Source: Hypanus sabinus
Taxonomy: Eukaryota
Direction: 5' to 3'
DNA: 64,000 bases
Assembly (NCBI RefSeq): GCF_030144855.1
Contig: NC_082714.1
Span: forward strand, 59,644,001-59,708,000
This document shows, in pieces, positions 39,927-50,344 of the stretch. The position numbers were made by a program, and so were the translations under genes. How positions within the stretch are numbered: the stretch's first letter is position 1; every line of letters starts with the position of its first letter. Below the pieces are notes generated by a model that had not been told where the DNA came from, ran no database searches, and saw nothing but the letters and a program-made list of their open reading frames with translations.

Positions 39927-40666
39927 GGATGAATGAATCTGCAATTGGTCCAGCAGAGTTTGCTCACCTGAAGGAAGTTGTCCAGCAGTATGAGTACAGG
40001 ATCCAGAAGCAGCAGGAAATTTTTGACCATCTGCCGGCCAACTCTCCATCTCATTACAGTAGCCCTCCTTCCTCAGAGCCCTGGATTCTGGTCCTGAACG
40101 CTTTGACAGATCCCCAACTTGGTGCTGTAACTTCCTGCCTCAGTGCACCTCTGAGGAGCTCCAGCCATGTCTGGAATCTATGGACTGAGGCAAGATTGCC
40201 TTCATAATCGCTCCCTTGTTTAGGTGGGCTGTGACCTGGGATAATAAAACCGCAATTGTCGTGGATTCAGCTGGAATATGGAAATGCTGTTGGCCCATTA
40301 CCATCACACGCTCTTGGTGTGTTTGAACAATAAGCTGCCCACCTGGGAGATGCCCACTGACCTCAAAAGTCTTATCACTCTAGCCCTACCTATTGACAAG
40401 TATCTGATGGAACAACTCTCCAGTCATCAGCCAGAACCCCAGTTCTGTTCCCAGAACCATTTCAGGCTGCAGGGCCCTTCTCAGCAATGACTCCAGAACC
40501 CATGCAGATAGGGTGAGCTCCCATAACACCCCAAGAGCATGTGAGTTGGTGGAGGAACAGAATTTGCATCTGAGGAGCTGACCACCAATGCATCAAATGC
40601 CCACTGCATCCAGGAAACCACAACACCTGATAGAGACGACGGCCCTTCTATCTGGCAAGCTCCCCC

Positions 40667-40932
40667 CCACAACCACCCCTCCAACCCCTTGTTCCAGCAC
40701 TATAGCCCAACTCACTCCTTCTGGCCTCCTCCGCACCCTGGCGGCTCTGCGTGCGCAGACCACAACCACCCCTCCAACCCCTTGTTCCAGCGCTATAGCC
40801 CAACTCACTCCTCCTGGCCTCCCCTGCACCCTGGCGGCTCTGCGTGCGCAGACCACAACCACCCCTCCAACCCCTTGTTCCAGCACTATAGCCCAACTCA
40901 CTCCTGGCCTCCTCCGCACCCTGGCGGCTCTG
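40667..40932. repeat. 93-bp tandem triplication just upstream of the Gypsy protease motif
   Basis: Units start at 40669, 40762 and 40855; near-identical; the third has a 3-bp deletion. Confidence 0.95.
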
Positions 40933-41613
40933 GTGGATTTCAGTGCAACCACCAACTTTCTGGACTGTACCCTGCATGTGCAGCTTGGACTTGGACTCTG
41001 TACTAAGCCTATCTCTCACCCCTTCTGCGTCACAGCCATTTACGAAAGCCCCTTGGGGTCTGGGATGATCAGAGTGTGCACATGTGCATCAGAGAGCACT
41101 GTGAGTCCATCCACTCCTTCCACCTTGGGTTTCCCCTGGCTCCCTACTCACAACCCCCACTTTGCCTGGTCAGCTGGCTCACTGCTGAGTTGGGGATCTA
41201 CCTGCCTGCAGCCCCTATTAACTTCATCTCATAAATCCTTGGAGATGGAGGAAACCCTTGACCTCACCAAACATTCACAGGAATACCACTGACCTAGCCA
41301 TCACCTTCAGTAGAGGGACGCTAGCCCCCTGTCTCCTCGTAAACCACGTGAATGTGTCATCAACCTCCTTGTGGGCACCACCCTTCCCTGAGGCTTTCCT
41401 CTCTCCTGCTGAGACCCAAGCCCCAAATGACTACATTGCTGAAGTGCTACAACATGGTTTCATTCAACCTCCCCAGTCCTCAGCCGGAGCAGGATTCTTC
41501 TTTGTCTCCTTCCCTGTATTGATGACCATGGACTTAACTAAATTTCAGTTAGGGACCATCTCCCCTTGATGGATAGTGCATTCAGAATACTCTGTGGGGC
41601 CCAGATCTTCATC

Positions 41614-43766
41614 AGAGGAGCCAACACACTTAAACACTGTTATATCATCATCAAGAATGCTTAGCATGCGACCCAACCACCACACTTTGGAAACCTGATC
41701 ACCTGGCTATATTCACAGTGACTAAAGACTGCAGCACCAATGGTGAGGACCAAGAAGGTATGGTCAAGGGAGGTGAAGGAGTGCTTACAGGACTGCTTTG
41801 AGTCAGAGGCATGAACAATATCCAGAGATTCATTTCTGGGTCTGAATGAATTGTCACCTACATCATAGCTGTCAGCGACTTTATTAAAACCTGTGTGGAT
41901 GAGTGTGTGCTTATGGGAACATACCAGACATACATGAGTCAAAAGTGGTGGACAAACCAAGAGACTCATAGTCTGCTAAGGCCTAGAACTTTGGTATTCT
42001 AGACCGGGCATCCAGAACTATGCAAAAATTCCAGGTATGACCTATTGAAGGCTATCTTAAGAGTGAGAAGACAATTCCGATTGATGCTCAAGACAGAATT
42101 GGATGCACATCAGCTCTGGCAGGGCTTGCACGCCATTACTTCCGGCAAAGCAAAACCTAACATCATAAATGGCTGTGATGCTTCATTCCCAGATGAACTC
42201 AACACGTTTTATGTATGGTTTGAAAGGGAGAATAAAACTATGCCTGTGTGAACTCCTTTTATCATCTGGTGACCCTGTGATCTCTGTCTCAGAGGCCGAT
42301 GTCAGATGTGTGAACACAGGCAAGGTATCAAGTCCTGATGGAGCACCTGGTAGGGCTCTGAAAACCTGTGCCAACCAGCTGGTGGTAGCATTTAAGGACA
42401 TCTTCAAACTCTCACTGCTACATTCAAAGGTTTTTACCAGCTTCAGAAGGGCAACAATCACACTAGTGCCCAAGAAGAGTAGCCTCAATGGCTATCATCC
42501 AGTGGCTCTTAGATCCACTGTGATAAGTGCTTTGAAAGGTTTGTCATGACCAGAATCTACTCCTGCCTAAGCAAGAACCTGGACTCGCTGTATTTGCCAA
42601 TCACCACAATAGTTCTACAGCAGTTGCAATTTCACTGGCTCTCCACTTGGCCTTGAATCACTTGAACCATAGCAATAGCTGTTTATTGACTAAAGCTTAG
42701 CGTTCAACACAACCATACCCTCAACTTCTAATCAAAAAGCTCCAAAACCTGGGCTTCTGTATCTCCTCCTATAACTGGATCCTTGAATTCCTCACCAGGG
42801 ACCACAGTCTATGCAGAATGGAAATAACATCTCCTCCTTGCTGACTATCAGCATTGACGCACCTCAAGGATGCATGTTTAGCCCACTGCTTTACTCTCTA
42901 TACACCCATGACTGTGTGACTAGGCATTACTCAAACGGCATCTATAAATTTGCGGGTGACAACACTGTCCTTGATAGAATCTCAGATGAGGAAGCGTACA
43001 GGAGCAAGATTAATCAGCTGGTTGAGTGGTGTCACAGCAACAACCTTGCACTCAACATCAGTCAGTAAGACCAATGAATTGACTGTGAAAGAGGAAACGT
43101 ATACCAGTCTTCATTGAGGGATCAGAAGTAGAAAGGGTGAGCTGTTTCAAGTTCCAGGGTGTCAACATCTTTGAGGACCGAGCCTGGGCCCAACAAATTG
43201 TTGCAATTACAAAGAAAGCACAACAGCCACACTAATTGATCAGGACTTTGAAGAGAATTGGTATGTCAGCAAATACACTCTCAAATTCTACAGATGTACT
43301 GTGGAGAGCATTCTATCTGGCTGCATCACCATCCGGTACGGAGGGGCCAATGCAAAGGATCGGAATAAGATGCAGAAAGCTTTAAACTCAGTCAGCTCCA
43401 TCATAGGAACTATCCTCCGCAGCATCAAGAAAACCTTTAAAAGGTGATGTCACAAAAAAAGGCAGCATCTGTCATTAAGGACCCCCATCACCCAGGATGT
43501 ACCATTTTCTCATTGCTACCATCAAGGATGAGGTACGTGATCCTGAAGACACACACTCAACACTTCAGGAATAGCTTCTACCCCTCTGCCATCAGATTTC
43601 CATGAACGCATCTGGTATTATTTTCTTTTTTTTCCACTGCATATTTTATTTTTAATATATACTTACAGCAATTTACAGTTTTTATTATGCACTGCAAAGT
43701 ACTACTGGCACCAAACAACAAATTTCATGATGTAATCCGATAATATTAAACCAGGTTCTGATTCTG
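41614..43766 (+). mobile_element. Rex1/Babar LINE inserted in the Gypsy RT
   Basis: [41 protein letters not shown]; tail ttctgattctga; Gypsy RT reads GAQIFI|KLDLR across it. Confidence 0.92.
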
Positions 43767-43990
43767 AAACTGGATCTAAGGAACTCGTATAACCTGATCT
43801 ACATCACCAGGGGATGAGTGGAAGACGACATTCATAACATCCACTGGCCACTATGACTACTTGGTGATGCCTTTCAGACTATCCACCAGTCTAAGCATTG
43901 TCCAAATCATCATTCACAAGATCCTCAGATAGGCTGCATAGGTACGTGTTCGTCTACGTACTTGCTGACGTTCTCACCTGGTCATCATTC

Positions 43991-44637
43991 TACTTCCTGT
44001 TTAATATGACGCCGGTGAAGCTAAGCAAATACTTATTGGTGCAAACAAAACAAAGAAAACAACTGAACACTTTATTAATAAACACTTTTTGTGGTAAACA
44101 ATCATATAAAAAAATAGCCTACAACTTCCCTTTGAACAAGGAGGCAATTCAATCCAGCAGCACTGAGATGAGGCAAGTGGAGTCAAGGTGAGGCAGCGGG
44201 CCTGTTGGCGAGATTGAGGAAAGATGTGAGGATCGATCGGTCTAAGTACCCAGCTGAATTGGAAAGGTCAGGTACAGGCCGAATTGAGATGGCAGGGTCC
44301 AGGTCCAAAAGTGTTTCGAAACAACAGAACCCAATGGTAGAACAACAATGTAAGCGCTGGGCCAGGGTGTCGGGGCCCAAGGCAAGGGATGGGCCAGTTC
44401 AGCCCACAGCTCCGTGCTGATCACTCGGCTCAGCGCTGCGCTGATCTGCGGCTTCGTGTCTGTGGACAGGCTCTCTTTCATGAACTTCAGTTCTGAATGC
44501 CACTTGCTTGCTTTTATTGTTTGCATGAGGTTTGTTCTCTGTACGCACTAGGTGCTTGACCATCTTTGTTTTGTGGCAAAAAGACAAACCTCATGGTTGT
44601 ATAGTGCATACATACTTTGGTAATAAATGCACTTTGA
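43991..44637 (+). mobile_element. Non-coding SINE-like insert with a Rex-type tail, inside the Gypsy RT
   Basis: Interrupts RT just after the YVFVY motif; ends atactttggtaataaatgcactttga; internal similarity to the reverse complement of 49850-49895. Confidence 0.6.
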
Positions 44638-46046
44638 AATCACCTATCTCACTGATAAACTGGTAAGCTGTTGCAAGCACACTTTCTAGGAGCTCAAGGG
44701 ATGCTTCGCTACCGCTCCTTTTCCCCACCATCCGAACCCCTCTGGACCTCTAGTGGTAGAGGTGGACGCATCTGACATGGTACCTGGGCCATCCTCTTCT
44801 ACTGAGAACTGGATGGGAAGAAAGAGCAAGCCCTCCCTCATCTGAACACCAGAAGCTCATATCCATAAAACTGACCTGTCAGCTCAGCCCATGTCAGGGT
44901 GACTGGACACTCTTCCTCGAGCAATACAACTTCACCATCTCCGAGTGACCCTGCTCCAAGGCAGATGCCCTGTCACAATAGTTCAGCACAGCTGAAACGG
45001 AATGATCTTCAGCCCATCACTCCATCCTTGGAGATTCTTGGCTCAATCCTCTGTCGCCTTGAAAACCAGATCAGCCAGGCCTTACTGCGGCCAATACTCT
45101 GACAACCGTATGTACTTGCTGGTGGTTGTGCACTCTGAGGCACTCCAGTGGGCCTCACTCCTCACCCTTCTCCAGCCATCCAGGCACATGCTGGACTCTG
45201 GATCCTCTGTGTTGCCAGTTCTGGTACCCACCATGATCTCAGATTTATGTCAGTTCATTGTTGCCTTCCATCAATTTCCTCAGTCCATTTCCTCCAACCA
45301 GTGGCCCTATGGGTTCCTGTGACCCCTAGCAGGCCCTCAATACCTGCGGCCCCACATCACCATGGATTTCATCATGGGTTTGCCACCTTCCAATGCGGCC
45401 ATGTTGCTCGTGATAGTGGTGCCCCAGTTCATTGCCCTCCCCAAACTTCCATCAGCTGCTGAGATGGTGGATCTGGGTCTCCAACATATAGTTCTCCTCC
45501 ACTGATTCCCTCAGGGCATTGCTTTGGGCAGGGTCCACAATTATGTCCCACTTCTGGTGAGCCTTCTACTCCCTCCTCCGCACCTCAGTCAATTTGTCCT
45601 CTGATTATCATCCACAGTCTAACGGTCAGCCAGAAAGAGCCAGTCAGCAAGAGGAGAAGTTTTTGTGACGCCTTACTGCCTCTAACCCTTCCACAATGAA
45701 GAAGCATCTACACACTAGGCCAAGCTGTCCCGCAATCTGCACACCTCCTCTGCCACTCTTTGAAATGCTTCATGGTGATCACCCCTGTTATTCCCCGCAG
45801 AGGAACCAATAGCGGAGGACCCAGTCTGCCAGGGCCCTGATCTGCTGCTGCTGGAATGCTTGGAAGAGGGCACAGAGAGCTATCCTATCTGCCAACGGCT
45901 GCCAGTCAACGGCTGGTGGCACCCAGCCAGAGTTCACCAGTCTGGGGACCGTATCTCACTGTCCACATGAGATCTGTCCCTGTACACCACTTCCCACAAG
46001 CTCTCACCCTGGTCCTTTGGTCCCTTCAAGATTAACCATCGCATCA

Positions 46047-48140
46047 TAAGACCATAAGATACAGAAGCAGAAATAGGCCATTTGGTCCATCGAGTCTGCT
46101 CCAGCATTTCATCATGGCAGATCCAATTTCCTTCCCAGCCACAGTCTCCTGTCTTCTCCTCATATCCCTTCAAGGATCGATCAACCTCTACCTTAAATAT
46201 TTCCAATTACTTGGCCTCCACAGCCACCTGTGGCAACGAATTCCACAGATTCACCACTCTCCGGCTAAAGAAATTCCTTCTCATTGTTTCAAAAGAATGT
46301 CTCTCTCTCTTGAGGTTGTGTCCTCTGACCTTAGACACTCTCACCATCCTCTCCATGTCTGCTCTATCAATGAGGTTTCAGTGAGGTTACCTCTTATTCT
46401 TCTGAATTCCAGTGAGTTGAGGCTCAGAGCCATCAAATGCTTTTCATTGGATAAGCCTTTCAATTCCGGAATCATTTTCATGAACGTCCTTGAAACGCTC
46501 TCCACCGTTGGCACATATACAGGGCTCCAGTGGTGGATTCTATCAAATGGAGCAAGCTGAATCAGCTGCAGCTCAACATCAGTGAGACAAAGCAGATGGG
46601 GATGGGTTTTAGGATGACTAAGTCTGCATTGCTTCTGTTACCATTGATGGTGCGGATCTACCAAGAACCTGGGGGTGTACCTGGATGACAGACTTGAGTG
46701 GAGTACCAACATGGAGGCTGTGTACAAGAAGGGCCAGAGTTGCCTCACTTCCTGAGGAGACTGAGGTCCTTTGTCGTATCCAGATCTCTCTTTCACATGC
46801 CCTACCAGTCCCTGGTGGTGTGCTGCGGCAATGGCATCAACACAGGAGAGGCCAACAGACTCAATAAACTGATTAGAAAGGCTGGCTCTGTTATAGGAGT
46901 TAAACTGGACACACTGGAGACTGTAATAAAACAAAAGACCCTACGGAAAATGCTGGCAATTCTGGACAATGTTTCTCACCCTCTGCATGCCATCTTGGCT
47001 GAACAGAGGAGCACTTTCAGAAATAGACTAAGACAACTGTGCTGCTCCAAAGAGCACTGTGAGGTCATTCTTAGCCTCGGTCATTAGGCTCTATAATGAG
47101 TCAACCGAAAGCCTGGGCAATGATGACCCCCTCCTGTTAGACTGTTTGTGGTAATTTATTTTTTATTTTTTCTACTTCTCTTCTAATATTTGTATATCTG
47201 TGCACTTGTAATGCTACTGTAATCTCCTTTGGGATCAATAAAGTATCTATCTACCTATCCTTTCTTAGATTAGGGACCTGAACATTATAAAGCCTCAACA
47301 TTACATCCTTGATTTTATATTCTAGTCCTCTTGAAAAAAGTGCTAACATTGCATTTGCCTTCCTCACCACAGACTCAACCTGTAAACTGACCTTCAGAGA
47401 ATCTTGCACGAGGACTCCAAAGTCCCTTTGCACCTCAGATATTTGAATTTTTCTCTCCATTTAGAAGATAGAACAAATTCTCCTAATCTGTTTAAATCTT
47501 TCTGTAGCCTCCCTGTTTCCTCAAAACAACTTGCCTCTCCACTTAACTTCAATTCCATCATCCAAGTCACTGTCATGTGACGTAAAAAGAAGGGGTCCCC
47601 AACAGACCCCTGTGGAACCCCACTGGTCACTGGCAGCCAACCAGAAAAAGCTCCCTTTATTCCCACTCTGCCTCCTGCCAGTCAGCCAATGCTCTACCAA
47701 TTCAAGAATCTTTCCTGTAAAACCATATGCTTTTAACTTGTTAAGCTGTCTCATGTGTGACACCTCGTCAAAGGCTCTCTGAAAATCCAAGAACACAACA
47801 TCCACTGATTCTCCTTTGTCTATCCTGCTTGTTATTTCTTCAAAGAATTCCAACAGATTTGTCAGGCAAGATTTTCCCTTGAGGAAACCGTGCTGACTAT
47901 GGCCTATTTTATCATGTGCTTACAAATACCCCAAAATCACATCCTTAACGATTGACTGCAACATCTTCCCAAACCCTGAGGTTAGACTAACTTGCCTATA
48001 ATTTCCTATCTTCTGCCTCTCTCCCTTCTTGAAGAGTGGAATGACATTTGCAATTTTCCAGTCCTGTAGAACCATTCCAGAATCTAGTGATTCTTGAAAG
48101 AGCATTATTAATACCTCCACAATCTCTTCATCTATCTCTT
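46047..48140 (-). mobile_element. CR1 LINE inserted in the Gypsy integrase C-terminus
   Basis: DWKIANVIPLFKKG, FLDFQRAFDEVSH, GVPQGSV; Gypsy reads GPFKINHRI|NPVTYLLQL across it; TCA on both sides. Confidence 0.92.
46516..47257 (+). mobile_element. Rex1-type LINE 3' fragment inserted in the CR1 at 46047-48140
   Basis: FLRRLRSF, NRLNKLIRKAGSVIG, ILDNVSHPLH; tail caataaagtatctatctacctatc; CR1 gcacat|cctttcttag is interrupted. Confidence 0.9.
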
Positions 48141-48484
48141 TCAATCCAGTCACTTACCTTCTGCAGTTGCAACTATCCCTCAGGATCGTACCTACCTGTC
48201 CTGCCTCAAGCCCGTTGTCCATGAACCACTCAGCTTACCTGAGCCTGCACCTCTGGACGGTGGGAGTTTGTCTAGTGTACACAGCTTGCCGGTTGATAGA
48301 TTCACGTAATCCTGGATGGGTGCGCAGTACCTGCTCAACTGAGAAGGGTAATTGGAGAGGTCTTGGGTGCCATCCAGTTTTATCTTGGATCAATCAATCA
48401 TTGATGATTTCCAAAGGACCCATCCATCTTGTCCTACGCCGTTGGGTGCCGGCAATAGGAGGAGATGGAGGGTGGGGTGGTCCC

Positions 48485-48808
48485 TGTCAAGCCTCCACAG
48501 ACAGGCACCTCCCAGTCTCCACCCAGATAACACGAGTTGCCTGCCACTTGTTCCATCTCATTTCCTTGAGCCTATTTAAACCCAGCTCTCATCCACAGTC
48601 CTTGTTCACCCATCGAACCAGCCAACCTCGACCAGTTGCACAGAGCCTTCAGTTATCTTGCTTCCTGTGGTGTTGAGTGTCTGTTCTGTCTTGTTTTGTG
48701 GTCCCTTGTGGCTTGTTATTTTTCAGTCTATTATTAAAGTTACCATTCACCGCTGAACTGTCTCCGCTGTTCTGCTTTAGGGTCAAGCCTTCTCTACATT
48801 TGCTGACA
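48485..48808 (+). repeat. 3' LTR of the Gypsy element
   Basis: TGTCA...TGACA, preceded by a polypurine tract; contains TATTTAAA and ATTAAA. Confidence 0.93.
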
Positions 48809-49397
48809 GGCTTGCCCCTGCAACTCTTCTTAAATAAAGGCACAACTTTAGCCAACCCCCACCCAAGTCATCTTGTACCTCATCTTTGGTTAATGAGGTT
48901 ATAAACATCTCTGCCAGGACCCCATCAACTGTCCGTGCTTCCCACAACATCCTAGGATATACCTGGTCAGACCCTGGGGATTGACCACATTTATGTTCCT
49001 CAGGACTGCCAGAACCTCCTCTTTGTATCATCTATATCTTTTAGGACATCACTGAGCTCTTCCCTGAACTTACAAGCTTCAGTGACCTTTTCCATGGTAA
49101 ATACCAGCTAATGATGTTAAATTGCTGGTGGAGTACAAATCTAGAGTATTGAAAGCACCTGGTCTTTTTGCTCTCTGGGTCACCAAGGACTGGGTTGCAA
49201 TACGTGCTGCAGGAACACTGCACCTCAGTTTGCTCCAGTGGGGAGTGCCCAAGCCCTCACTTTAGATATGTATTTGTAACTGGATGTAACTTGAAGGGTT
49301 TACTGAAAGTTTAGAGTCTGTTTTCTCCTTTAAATAGTTGACTTACTTACTAGGTAGTGAGTGTCTTCTTCCCCCACGCACCTGACTTCACACAGCT

Positions 49398-50045
49398 AAA
49401 GTTCAAAGTTCAAAGTCCATTTATTATCAAAGTATGTTTACATTATACAACCTTCAGATTCATCCCCTTACAGGCAGCCACAAAACAAAGAATCCCAAAA
49501 GAACCCACAAAAAGAGACCATTGAACACCCAATATGTACAGAGAAAAAAGGTTGTGCAATCAATAATAGTAAGTAAATAGTATTCAGAACAGAAGTGAAT
49601 CCATAGACATGAATCCCAGAGCAAGCCACAGCTTCGGTTCAGCTTAGAGCCCAGTGAACATCGGGGAGCAGTGAGCAGAAATGTCCCAACCCTCATCTCT
49701 TGTCCCACCACCCTGCCTTTTCAATCCATCTGGCCCGATGTGTAAATTGTCCAAATATCGGGTCGCTCCTCATGCGAGGGAGCTGGGCCCTGTCACATCT
49801 ATATGCTGAGGGCCAGGACCCTGCAACCATGCTTTGGCCCTTTCCCAATCTTTCCAAATAGGCCTGGCACTTAGATCAATCAAACTTCACTCTCAGTTTA
49901 GGCGGACAGGCCTCGAACCTTCCTCTCCTCCACTCCACTCCCCTTAACTTTGCCTTAAATGTGCTTTGACTTAACCTCACCTTCACCTTACACCTGTACA
50001 CTTTGACCCTCAACTCAGCCTTGCCTCTCCAGTGTTGTTAGATAC
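49398..50045 (-). mobile_element. Non-coding SINE-like element with (AACTTTG)n Rex-type tail
   Basis: aaagttcaaagttcaaag...ttattatcaaagtatg at the left end; internal homology to 44220-44270. Confidence 0.6.
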
Positions 50046-50344
50046 TCACAGAGTCTTTAAGGATTCTCCTTTACTTTATCTGCCAAGAGTATCTCATGTC
50101 CCCATTCTGCCCTCCTGATTTCCTACGTGCACTCCTACAGCCCTTATACTCTTCAAAGGATTCACTTGATCCCATTTGCTCTGTGCCGAAGATGTATACC
50201 CCATACATTACAACAATGATAAATTCAATATCCAGGAAATAATTTTAATCCTGATATAATCACATTCATTTTCTCATAGACACAGATGTTGGAAGTGTGT
50301 TGTGCTACCAGCTCAGTTTTCTGGTTTCCCTGGTGGTTGTTATG

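Larger units (their letters stand above)
39630..48808 (+). mobile_element. Complete but degenerate Ty3/Gypsy chromovirus (sushi/Tf1-like) LTR retrotransposon, 5-bp TSD GGCTT
   Basis: Two TG..CA LTRs; gag (EPMQIG ~40497); protease ALVDFSATTNFLD; RT FIQPPQSSAGAGFFFV, KLDLRNSYNL, DEWKTTF..GHYDYLVMPF; RNase H VVEVDASD; integrase YHPQSNGQPER and GPFKI; chromodomain ERSWVPSSFILDQSIIDDF; PPT at 48458-48480; TSD at 39625-39629 and 48809-48813. Confidence 0.93.

Noticed and set aside
39929-41569. Domesticated sushi-derived gene (PEG10/RTL-like)
   Set aside because: gag and pol are broken by stops, frameshifts and insertions, and both LTRs remain; it is a fossil element.
49248-49265. 12-bp match (CCAAGCCCTCAC) to the reverse complement of the minisatellite unit, as its source
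   Set aside because: Too short to distinguish from chance.
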